This document shows, one piece after another, positions 37,822 to 46,366 of a DNA stretch of 64,000 nucleotides. The notes under the pieces are model-generated. The model saw only the letters and a list, made by a program, of their open reading frames with translations, was not told where the DNA came from and searched no databases. The stretch covers positions 810,211 to 874,210 of the forward strand of contig CAXXFL010000005.1 in NCBI GenBank assembly GCA_963674965.2, written 5' to 3'. This stretch comes from a bacterium (GTDB lineage: Bacteria; RBG-13-61-14; DATKZS01). Each line of letters opens with the position of its first letter. Within the stretch, counting starts at the first letter, position 1. A program made the position numbers and the translations under genes.

Positions 37822-38817
37822 ATGGGCGGAAAGATATTGGTTACCGGCGCGACCGGCCTGCTTGGCGGGAACCTGGCCCGTCTCCTGGTGGAGGACGGAC
37901 GTGAGGTCCGGGCCCTTGTACGGGAGAACTCGAACGCCATAGCCCTCGAGGGGCTTGAGGTGGAAAAGTTTTACGGCGACGTCCGGGACATGGGGTCGGT
38001 GGAAAAAGCCGCGGCCGGCGTCGAGGAAGTGGTTCACTGCGCGGCCTCGGTGAGCCAGTGGCGGCCCAACCTGCCCTGGATGCGGGACGTCAACGTCAAG
38101 GGCACGGCCAACGTGCTCGAGGCGGCGCTGAGGGCCGGCGTAAAAAGGGCCGTCCACGTAAGCACGGTGGATACCCTGGGGCTTTCCTCCCTCGAGCGCC
38201 CGGCCGACGAGAGTTGGGAACACGAGAGCATGGCGGCCTTCCGTAACCCCTACGTTGACACCAAGTACGAGGCGGAAAAGGAAGCCCTTCGCGTCCACCG
38301 GGAGGGACTAGACCTGGTGATAGTAAAACCGACCTATATGATCGGGGAGTGGGACGTCAAGCCCAGCTCGGGCCAGATGATCGTCGAGGTGGCAAAAGGG
38401 CGGGCCCTGGGGTATCCTGGCGGAGGCAATAATTTCGTCGACGTCCTGGACGTGGCCCGGGGAATTACCCTGGCCATCGAGAAGGGGAAATCGGGCGAGT
38501 CCTATATCCTGGCCAACGGTGAGGGGAACCTGACCTACAAGGAGATGTTCACCCGCATAGCCGGGGTGGTGGGGGCCCGTCCTCCCATGTTCCCCATACC
38601 CTACGCCCTGGCCCTGGGCGCGGGATACCTTTTGGACGCGGCGGGAAGGGTCTTCGGGCTCGAGCCCGACGTCAACTCGGTGACGGCCAGGATGGGCTTC
38701 GCGGCTCATTACTTTACGCCGGCCAAGGCCGTAAAGGAACTGGCCATACCCCAGTCGCCCATCGAGCCGGCCATCGCCCGGGCTTACGACTGGTTCAAGA
38801 GGCATGGAAGGTTATAA
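37822..38817 (+). CDS. NAD-dependent epimerase/dehydratase (HpnA/dihydroflavonol-reductase-like SDR)
   Basis: ILVTGATGLLG, YVDTK, NFVDVLDVARG. Confidence 0.85.
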   Translation: MGGKILVTGATGLLGGNLARLLVEDGREVRALVRENSNAIALEGLEVEKFYGDVRDMGSVEKAAAGVEEVVHCAASVSQWRPNLPWMRDVNVKGTANVLEAALRAGVKRAVHVSTVDTLGLSSLERPADESWEHESMAAFRNPYVDTKYEAEKEALRVHREGLDLVIVKPTYMIGEWDVKPSSGQMIVEVAKGRALGYPGGGNNFVDVLDVARGITLAIEKGKSGESYILANGEGNLTYKEMFTRIAGVVGARPPMFPIPYALALGAGYLLDAAGRVFGLEPDVNSVTARMGFAAHYFTPAKAVKELAIPQSPIEPAIARAYDWFKRHGRL

Positions 38818-38865
38818 CCTTTTGGAGGATTGACCCCGCCTCGAGGCGGGAGGGGAGGATGCTAC

Positions 38866-39675
38866 ATGGTCAGGCGCCTGACTCCGGTTTTCATGGTCTT
38901 CGCGCTGGCCCTTTCAGGGTGCGGCGGCAGCAAAAAGGAAGTGGTCGAGACCCCGCCCTTCGAGCTTAACGAATGCCCGGTCGCTCGGCTGGAGATTAGT
39001 CCGTCGCGGGTTGACGATCCTTCCAACGTCATCGGCTCGGACCGGGAGACTTCCTTTTCCGCCTCGGCCTACGACCGGGAAGGGCGGCCCATCGAGCGGG
39101 ACTTGACGTGGAGCTTCGTTTATCCGGACGGGGACGACGGGACCAGGGGCGGCGCCGGCCACTCGATCATAGTGGAGAGCGGTGGCCGGGCGACTTTCAG
39201 GGCCGGGGGCCTGGCGGCGGGTACCTTCAACGTCATGGTCCAGGACCGGGGCTGCAACCTCTACACCGATGAGGAACCCCAATACGCCGAGGCCATCGCC
39301 AGGGTCAAGGTTTACAGCCGTCCCGGCGACCCGGCGGCCTGCGGCAAGATGCGGGTGACCTACGGTGACGAGCTCGACCGCATGGGGGACGAGCTGATAG
39401 CCAGCGCCAAGGTAACCCTTATCTCGGAGATATCCGCCCGGGAGAAGCTGCCCTCTTCCTACAAGGTGAGGTTCTTTTTCAAGGACGAGGCCTTTCCCAA
39501 GAAGCGTCCCCTTTACCGTGACGACTCGGTGGTTCGGATCGAGGGCATGCCCATGGGCTACAAATCCATTTTGCCCATATATCTTGTCCCGGGCCAGTAC
39601 GAGGTTCATTACGAACTTTTGGACGGCGACGACGTGGTCTGCGGCTCGCGCGCGGAGCGTTTCGAAACCAGGTAG
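38866..39675 (+). CDS. Hypothetical lipoprotein, beta-rich (Ig-like)
   Basis: Lipobox LALSGC; LEISP..FSASAYDREGR..LTWS resembles Big_2-type domains. Confidence 0.65.
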   Translation: MVRRLTPVFMVFALALSGCGGSKKEVVETPPFELNECPVARLEISPSRVDDPSNVIGSDRETSFSASAYDREGRPIERDLTWSFVYPDGDDGTRGGAGHSIIVESGGRATFRAGGLAAGTFNVMVQDRGCNLYTDEEPQYAEAIARVKVYSRPGDPAACGKMRVTYGDELDRMGDELIASAKVTLISEISAREKLPSSYKVRFFFKDEAFPKKRPLYRDDSVVRIEGMPMGYKSILPIYLVPGQYEVHYELLDGDDVVCGSRAERFETR

Positions 39676-39681
39676 GTTTAT

Positions 39682-40323
39682 ATGACGTTTATCAAGTGGA
39701 CAATCCCGGCGGCGTTGCTATGTCTTATTCCTTTTTTCACGGCCGGGGCCCAGACTCCCAGCCTGGGGTCATTTTATGGAGACAAGAACCTCTCTTACAT
39801 CGAGGTAAACGCCTCTCCCTTGATCCCACCGTTCCAGGGATACGGCGGCGACCTTTATTTCGGCTTCGACACTCTTTCCAAGCGCAGCCGCAAGGGCTCG
39901 ACCTATCAGTATTTCGTGGGCCTGGCCCTGGGCGGCGGCGGCTTCGGGTTCCAGGACGCCGAGTTCTCGGGAGGATACGGGGAGCGAGACGTGAGCGGCG
40001 GCTACATTGCCATGCGGATCGAGAATAAGCTTTTCTTTACCACCGAGGGCGACGTGAGACCCTACGTGGGCGCCAACTTGGGCGTTGGAAGGGGAGCCAT
40101 CAGCGGCTCCCACCTTGACGAGTATGACAGTTTGTCCAGCGAGATGATGGTTTACGCGGTGGGCGCGGAAGCGGGCGCTCATATAAGGCTGACGCCCAAG
40201 TATTTTTTAACCGTGGCGCTGGCGGGCAAGGCCGAGATGCTGGGTTACTCGAGCGATTATCAGGCGGTATATCCTATCTCTATCAACATTGGCGCGTGCC
40301 GCTGGAGGGGACGCCTCAAGTGA
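39682..40323 (+). CDS. Putative outer-membrane beta-barrel protein
   Basis: Signal peptide, alternating amphipathic strands, RPYVGANLGVG motif. Confidence 0.6.
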   Translation: MTFIKWTIPAALLCLIPFFTAGAQTPSLGSFYGDKNLSYIEVNASPLIPPFQGYGGDLYFGFDTLSKRSRKGSTYQYFVGLALGGGGFGFQDAEFSGGYGERDVSGGYIAMRIENKLFFTTEGDVRPYVGANLGVGRGAISGSHLDEYDSLSSEMMVYAVGAEAGAHIRLTPKYFLTVALAGKAEMLGYSSDYQAVYPISINIGACRWRGRLK

Positions 40324-40360
40324 TCGCGGACCTCTCGAGGTTCGAGCGGGGGAGATTAAA

Positions 40361-41017
40361 TTGGCCGACGAGAGACAATACCTGGTCGATTCTTTAAAGC
40401 CCGGCGAGTCGTGGCGCATATTCAGGATCATCGCCGAGATAGTTGAGGGGTTCGAGGACCTCTCGACTATATGCCCGGCGGTTTCGGTGTTCGGCTCGGC
40501 GCGGTCCAAGCCCGGCGATCCCGAGTATGAAAAGGCCTATAAAATAGGGCGGCTGCTGGCGGAGTCGGGCTACTCGGTGATAAGCGGCGGCGGGGGCGGA
40601 GTCATGGAGGCGGCCAACAAGGGGGCCATCGAGGGAAACGGAAGATCGGTGGGACTTAACATTGACCTGCCCATGGAACAAAAGCCCAACAAGTACCAGA
40701 ACCTGAGCCTTAACTTCCGCTACTTTTTCGTGCGCAAGGTCATGTTCATCAAATACGCCCAGGCCTACGTGGTGCTACCGGGCGGGTTCGGGACCCTGGA
40801 CGAGTTGAGCGAGGCTTTAACTCTCATCCAGACCCGCAAGATCAGGCCCTTTCCAGTGATACTGGTCGAGAGCGAATACTGGAAGCCGCTGGTGGAGTGG
40901 TTTAAAACGACCATGTTGAAGGCGGGCAAAATAAACCCGGGCGACCTTGATATCTTCCGCGTGATCGACGACCCGGTCGAGGTGGTACGGGAGATAAGAA
41001 GGACCGTCATTATTTAA
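40361..41017 (+). CDS. LOG family nucleotide phosphoribohydrolase
   Basis: VSVFGSAR, SGGGGGVMEAAN, YFFVRKVMF, PGGFGTLDE. Confidence 0.9.
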   Translation: MADERQYLVDSLKPGESWRIFRIIAEIVEGFEDLSTICPAVSVFGSARSKPGDPEYEKAYKIGRLLAESGYSVISGGGGGVMEAANKGAIEGNGRSVGLNIDLPMEQKPNKYQNLSLNFRYFFVRKVMFIKYAQAYVVLPGGFGTLDELSEALTLIQTRKIRPFPVILVESEYWKPLVEWFKTTMLKAGKINPGDLDIFRVIDDPVEVVREIRRTVII

Positions 41018-41202
41018 GGCCAAAGCAAAAAGAATAAAGTCAGGAAAAACCTGATCGCCGCTCGGGAAAACGGGGCGGCGCTTTTCGCTTTTTATCAGGG
41101 ACTTGACTGGAATCCCTACCGGTAATAAATTTAATAGGGAACAAATATACTCGGTTTTTGTCCAACAACGTGTTCCTTCAGCGATTTTATAAGGAGACGG
41201 AC

Positions 41203-42423
41203 ATGCCACGGAAAAAGAATTTAAGTGATACCCAGAAGTGGAGCATGCATACCTCGACGGTGCACTCGGGAGAACACGGCGTCAAATACGCCGACGCCCT
41301 CACCGTTCCCATCGTGCAGACCTCGACTTTCGTTTTTCACGGCAGCGAGAATATCAAGGGCTACACCAAGGCCAAGATGCGCAAAAAGCTCATCCGCTAC
41401 GAGTACGCCCGCTACGGCAATCCCACCCAGGAGGCGGCGGAAAAAAAGCTCTCCGTCCTCGAGGGCGCCCAGGACTGCATTCTTTTCGATTCCGGCATGA
41501 GCGCCATCACCACCACCTTGTGGGCGCTTCTCAACCAGGGCGACCATATCGTTTTGACCGACGACCTGTACGGGCAGACGCTCAAGTTCTGCACCCGCCA
41601 CCTCACCCGGTTCGGCATCGAGTATACCGTTACCAAGATGGGCGACTACGCGGGCCTTCGCAAATCGATCAAGAAAAACACCAAGATCATTTTTTCCGAG
41701 TCGCCCACCAACCCCTATTTAAACATCCTCGACATGGAGGAAATGCTCAAGATCAGGCAGACCTACAAGGGTCTCATGATTATCGACTCGACCTTCGCCA
41801 CGCCCTACAACCAGAGGCCGCTCGAGTTCGGCATGGACCTGGTCATTCACAGCGCCACCAAGTACCTGGCCGGGCATAACGACATCCTGGCCGGCGCGGT
41901 CCTGGGCAACTCCGACCTTATCAACGTCATCAGGGACTACCAGCACGCCACGGGATCGATCATCGATCCCCACGCCTGCTACCTCCTCGTCAGAGGCCTG
42001 AAAACGGCGGCCCTCCGGGTCGAGTACCAGAACGCCTCGGCCATGAAGGTGGCCCAGTTCCTCGAAAAACACCCCAAGATTAGAAAGGTCTTCTATCCCG
42101 GACTCGAGAGCCATCCCCACCACGAGATAGCCAAGGCCCAGATGAAGGGCTACGGAGGTGTTGTCAGCTTCTGGGTAAAGGGAGACCTGAAAAAGGTCAA
42201 CAAGTTCCTCGACGCCCTGCAATGGATTTACATCGCGCCCAGCCTGGGAGGGGTCGAGACCCTCATCACCCACCCGGCCACGGTTACCTACTACCGCAAC
42301 ACCAGGAAGGAAAGGTACAAGCTGGGCATAACCGACCAACTCGTCCGACTCGCCCTCGGTATCGAGGACCCCGAGGACATCATGGCCGACCTCGACCGGG
42401 CCCTCTGGGCCATGGACAAGTAA
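41203..42423 (+). CDS. metB: Cystathionine gamma-synthase / trans-sulfuration PLP enzyme
   Basis: YARYGNPT, ESPTNP, DSTFATP, HSATKYLAGHND, SLGGVE. Confidence 0.82.
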   Translation: MPRKKNLSDTQKWSMHTSTVHSGEHGVKYADALTVPIVQTSTFVFHGSENIKGYTKAKMRKKLIRYEYARYGNPTQEAAEKKLSVLEGAQDCILFDSGMSAITTTLWALLNQGDHIVLTDDLYGQTLKFCTRHLTRFGIEYTVTKMGDYAGLRKSIKKNTKIIFSESPTNPYLNILDMEEMLKIRQTYKGLMIIDSTFATPYNQRPLEFGMDLVIHSATKYLAGHNDILAGAVLGNSDLINVIRDYQHATGSIIDPHACYLLVRGLKTAALRVEYQNASAMKVAQFLEKHPKIRKVFYPGLESHPHHEIAKAQMKGYGGVVSFWVKGDLKKVNKFLDALQWIYIAPSLGGVETLITHPATVTYYRNTRKERYKLGITDQLVRLALGIEDPEDIMADLDRALWAMDK

Positions 42424-42537
42424 AAGGAAAAAGATGAGCGCAAAGGGCGGCGTCCGGGCGGCGCCCTTAAATTTTCAGGCCGGCCCGCGGCCAAGGCCAA
42501 AAAGCCTTCGCGTTTCCCTTGCGGCCTATTACTCGGC

Positions 42538-42566
42538 TTGATATTTGCGCGGCACGAAATTATACT
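42538..42566 (+). promoter_or_regulatory. sigma70 promoter, probably giving a leaderless mRNA
   Basis: TTGATA-17 nt-TATACT followed 6 nt later by GTG. Confidence 0.55.
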
Positions 42567-42572
42567 GCCCGC

Positions 42573-42740
42573 GTGAAGGCGAAAAAGAAAATGGGGCGGC
42601 CGCCGGCGCCGCCGGACAAGAAGTTCTCGCGGCGGGTCACCGTCTGGATGACCGAGGCCGAGCGCGAGCGGATCGGCCGGAAGGCCGAGAAACTGGGCGT
42701 GAGCCTGTCGGAATGCCTCATGAAGCCCTGGCGGGAATGA
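42573..42740 (+). CDS. Small ribbon-helix-helix DNA-binding protein
   Basis: KKKMGRP...RRVTVWMTEAERERIGRKAEKLGVSLSE: beta-strand plus two helices. Confidence 0.65.
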   Translation: MKAKKKMGRPPAPPDKKFSRRVTVWMTEAERERIGRKAEKLGVSLSECLMKPWRE

Positions 42741-42879
42741 CGAGAAAAGACGGCAAGGCCCCGGGGCCGCTTCCGAGCGCGAGCCGGAAAAGAGTGGTAG
42801 AATTTTATTGCGGGCCGCGTGGAGTTCCCGCGCGATCTTTTCAGCGAGCGTTTCAAAAAGACTGACTCCGAGGATGTGA

Positions 42880-43104
42880 ATGAAAGAGTACTTGAAAAAA
42901 AGAAAGTCCGAAAAGGTCGGCCTTACCAGGGCCGGTTTTCCCAAGGAAGTATACTTCGAGGCTATCGTCAAGGACGTGTCCGGCGAGGTGGCGATCCTTG
43001 AGGACGAAAAGGGCAAAGAGGTGGCCATACCCATCGACAAGATTCTTATGGTCGGTCCTCCCGAGAAAGAGGAGACCGCCGAGAACCGGGCCGGTTTCCT
43101 CTGA
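42880..43104 (+). CDS. Small beta-rich (Sm/LSm-like) hypothetical protein
   Basis: GAGG RBS; FEAIVKDVSGEVAILE..EVAIPIDKILMV; C-terminal RAGFL. Confidence 0.6.
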   Translation: MKEYLKKRKSEKVGLTRAGFPKEVYFEAIVKDVSGEVAILEDEKGKEVAIPIDKILMVGPPEKEETAENRAGFL

Positions 43105-43114
43105 GGAGACGATT

Positions 43115-43639
43115 ATGAGCGGGTCGGATCAAGGCGATAAAAAAATCCGGACCATCGACTGGGACGAATACTCGAGGCTTTGCCGCCTTCTCGCGAACAA
43201 GGCGCTCGAGCGCCACAAGGTGGACACGGTGGTGGGCATCGCTCACGGCGGCGTTATCGTGGGGGCCACGTTGGCCACCATCCTGGGCCGCGACTTCTTT
43301 CCCATCAAGTTCTCCAGGCGGGTCAACTCGAGGGTGGTCCGCAAAAAGTCCAAGCTCCTGGTGCCTCCCACCGCGGACCTGAAGGACAAGGTCGTCCTGT
43401 TAATCGACGACGTCACCAACACGGGCGAGACCATGAAGGCGGCCCTCGAGGCCATCAAGGCCCGCTCTCCCGCCGAGGTCCTGACCCTGTCCCTGGTGAG
43501 GAAGTCCGCCTATGAAACGGATTTCGTGGGCACCTATTTTCCCGGCCAGGTCATCTTGCCCTGGCAGATTGAGGACGACCCCAGAAACGGCGGCAAAGGA
43601 GCGAACGGTAACCGAGTCATCAAGGAGATATATGAATGA
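43115..43639 (+). CDS. Type I phosphoribosyltransferase
   Basis: VVGIAHGG, VLLIDDVTNTGET PRPP loop, ILPW. Confidence 0.85.
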   Translation: MSGSDQGDKKIRTIDWDEYSRLCRLLANKALERHKVDTVVGIAHGGVIVGATLATILGRDFFPIKFSRRVNSRVVRKKSKLLVPPTADLKDKVVLLIDDVTNTGETMKAALEAIKARSPAEVLTLSLVRKSAYETDFVGTYFPGQVILPWQIEDDPRNGGKGANGNRVIKEIYE

Positions 43640-44292
43640 TCCCCATCATCGGCGTCATCGGCCGCTCGGGATCGGGCAAGACCACCTTGACGGTTAAGGT
43701 AATCAAGGAACTCGTCGGCAGGGGCTACAAGGTGGGAGCCATCAAGCACACGCGCCATGAAATCGATATCGACCAGCCCGGCAAGGACTCGATGCTCATG
43801 AAGGAGGCCGGGGCCGCCGCGGTGGCCATCGCCTCCCCCGACCGGGTGGCCCTGCACCTGCCGACGGACGAGGAGTTCTCGCCCGAGGACGTGGTTGCCC
43901 GGCTTTTTCCCGAGGTGGACGTGGCCCTGGTCGAGGGCTTCGGGGACGCGCCCATCCCCAAGATCGGGATCATCAGGAAGGGCGTCTCCGACGAGCTGCC
44001 CACGGAAAAAGGCCTTATCGGCCTGGTCACGGACTCGGCCGCCAGGCGGGAAGTTCCCCTTTTCTCCTTTGACCAGGTCCCGCAAATAGCCGACCTCGTC
44101 GAGAGCTATATCCTGAAGAAACAAAACAAACGCGAAGCCTTTCTTTTCGTTAACGGAAAAAAGATATTTCTCAAGCCCTTTATCAAGGACCTCTTCCTCA
44201 AGGCCATCGCGGCCATGGTCGACTGCCTGAAAGGTACCGAGGGCGCCGGCAGGATACAGGTCATTATCGATAAGCCGGGGGGCGTCGAGTAA
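43636..44292 (+). CDS. mobB: Molybdopterin-guanine dinucleotide biosynthesis protein B
   Basis: GRSGSGKTT, IKHT, DQPGKDS, LVEGF. Confidence 0.9.
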   Translation: MIPIIGVIGRSGSGKTTLTVKVIKELVGRGYKVGAIKHTRHEIDIDQPGKDSMLMKEAGAAAVAIASPDRVALHLPTDEEFSPEDVVARLFPEVDVALVEGFGDAPIPKIGIIRKGVSDELPTEKGLIGLVTDSAARREVPLFSFDQVPQIADLVESYILKKQNKREAFLFVNGKKIFLKPFIKDLFLKAIAAMVDCLKGTEGAGRIQVIIDKPGGVE

Positions 44293-44481
44293 ATACAATC
44301 CTACTTTCCAAAGCGATACCCGCCGGGCGCGAATAATAGGAGCAAGGGCAAAAGTTTGACCGGGCGCCTTGCCGATATTATAATCACCCCCGAAGTTGGA
44401 GCGCGGCATTATATGGAACAACCTTATGGCCCGCGGCCTCAAATATTGAAAGTAAAAGATAAGGCAGGGGGAAAATCCACT

Positions 44482-45240
44482 ATGAGATTCCAGAAATTGT
44501 ATTTGTGTTTGGCTATGGTTCTTTTCGTTGCTTTCGCCATGACGGCATGTCCGGAAAAACCTAAGAAGGACGGCAAGGATGGCGGTGATGGCTCGGTCGC
44601 CAAAACCACGGCCGACGTGGAAAAAGGCGGCACGGCGGAGGTAAAACCCGCCGACGGCTCGACGACGGCCAAGGGGGCGACCGTGGAAAATGGTTCCACC
44701 GCTCCGGTCGCCCCGGCCAGGCCCGCGCCGGTTTCCGGCTCGACCGCGCCCGTTTCCTCGACTCCTCCCATCGCTTCCGACGTTTACTGGAAGGTCCATA
44801 TCGAGAGGCTGAAACTGACCCGGGACCTTTACGCCGCCATGCTCAAGGTTTACGAGGAAGAGGGCGGCGCCACCGATGGGGCCAGGGAAAAAATCAGCAA
44901 GCTGCAAATTGCCCATAAAGACAAGATGCAGGCTATTTTCGACGAGCACGGATTGACGGGTCGTGACTTCTATCCTCGAGGACCGGACCAGGCCAAGCGC
45001 GACGTCTTTGCCGAAAGGCAGAATTACCTGAAGGAACATCCCGATCTGAAAGCCGAGTTCGACCAGATCAACAAGGAAATGAGGGACCTTAGGAACGAGG
45101 TGAAAAAATACCGGGGCGATGAGAGGATGCACAGAAGAGGAATGAGAGGGGAAGGACCTGGCGAAAGAAGGCCAAGAGGACCGGGAGCGCCTGTGCCCAT
45201 GCCTCCCGAGATGAAAAAAGGATCGACCGCGACGCCCTGA
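44482..45240 (+). CDS. Hypothetical lipoprotein with low-complexity linker and helical domain
   Basis: MRFQK..FAMTAC lipobox; T/A/P-rich linker; helical C-domain. Confidence 0.7.
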   Translation: MRFQKLYLCLAMVLFVAFAMTACPEKPKKDGKDGGDGSVAKTTADVEKGGTAEVKPADGSTTAKGATVENGSTAPVAPARPAPVSGSTAPVSSTPPIASDVYWKVHIERLKLTRDLYAAMLKVYEEEGGATDGAREKISKLQIAHKDKMQAIFDEHGLTGRDFYPRGPDQAKRDVFAERQNYLKEHPDLKAEFDQINKEMRDLRNEVKKYRGDERMHRRGMRGEGPGERRPRGPGAPVPMPPEMKKGSTATP

Positions 45241-45306
45241 AGATAACTGACTTTAACATACATATCGCCAGGTTAGACCGTAAGGGTCCATGCCATGGGA
45301 AAAACC

Positions 45307-45347
45307 TTTTCATCCCGGCCGGGAAAATTGACCAGCCGGGATGAAAA
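45307..45347. repeat. 13-bp perfect inverted repeat
   Basis: TTTTCATCCCGGC-15 nt-GCCGGGATGAAAA. Confidence 0.7.
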
Positions 45348-45422
45348 TTTCGGAAAGGCGCCTTATAATCGTACTTTATCGGGAAACCGATACATGTATC
45401 GAGCAAATAAGGCGACGAAAAA

Positions 45423-46049
45423 ATGACCCGAAAAAGTTGGCGCTTCATATCCGGCTTGGCCGTATCGATTTTATTGTTTTGTCTTTCCCTGACGGCGGCG
45501 GCCCAGGACAACCCTGAGATGGACATGTCCGACGCCGACCCGGCCGAGGTGGAGGAAATTTTAAAGGGAGGATCCACCCAGGCGGGAGAAAGCGTTGCCC
45601 CGGCTGACGGTCCCGTCCAACCGGAACCGGGCGAGGAAAAAAAATCCCTTCCTCCCCCCGGCCCCCGCAAGCTTTCCATACAAAACGCCGAGGATTATTA
45701 CCAGCTTCTGCTCGAGCGCCAGGGCTTGACCATTTCCAGCCATCGGCGCGTGCTCGAGATACTCGAGTCCCACGGCGGCGATCAACTGGCGGCCATGAAG
45801 GACCTTAAAAATCACGACAAGGAAAGACTTCGGAAGTCGGACGAACTGTTCAAGAAATACGGGACCAGTCACGAGGAATACTATGGCTCGGTCAAGGGAT
45901 CGGACACGCTAAAGGAACGCTCCGCTTACCTGGATGAGCACCCCGAGATAAGAGACCAGCTCGCGGCGAACTCGAAGGAGATCAAGAGCCTGGAGAAGGC
46001 CGTCTGGTCCGCGTTAAGGCCTCTTTGGCGAGACGCTCCCGGCGGTTAA
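45423..46049 (+). CDS. Hypothetical secreted protein, paralog of the upstream lipoprotein's helical domain
   Basis: Sec signal ending TAAA-QD; aligns by eye with 44482-45240. Confidence 0.7.
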   Translation: MTRKSWRFISGLAVSILLFCLSLTAAAQDNPEMDMSDADPAEVEEILKGGSTQAGESVAPADGPVQPEPGEEKKSLPPPGPRKLSIQNAEDYYQLLLERQGLTISSHRRVLEILESHGGDQLAAMKDLKNHDKERLRKSDELFKKYGTSHEEYYGSVKGSDTLKERSAYLDEHPEIRDQLAANSKEIKSLEKAVWSALRPLWRDAPGG

Positions 46050-46286
46050 CTTTAGAAAATCCTAATCGTGGGGCCGAAGAATCCCAACGCTGGGCCGGCC
46101 ATTGGACAAGGTCTTTTGACCAGAGGAATTCCCCTATACACGCCGGTTTTTCGCGACGGGATATTTTCCCGATATTCTCAATGCTTGAAGCCGTATTCCC
46201 ATACCGGGAGGGGTTTACAATCGGTCGGCCCTGTGGTAGCGTAAATAGTTGGGCGGGACCGTTTTGGGATCGCCCGGGCTGAACTC

Positions 46287-46316
46287 CTTATCCGCAAGGA
46301 AGAGCTTGCGGATAAG
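46287..46316. repeat. 12-bp perfect inverted repeat upstream of the che cluster
   Basis: CTTATCCGCAAG-GAAGAG-CTTGCGGATAAG. Confidence 0.7.
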
Positions 46317-46366
46317 TGCGTTTCCAGTTACAAGAAAGCCGCGCCATGACATGGAGAAAATAAAGC

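Noticed and set aside
41020-41200. Possible SAM riboswitch or T-box before metB
   Set aside because: No recognisable SAM-I or T-box core motifs.
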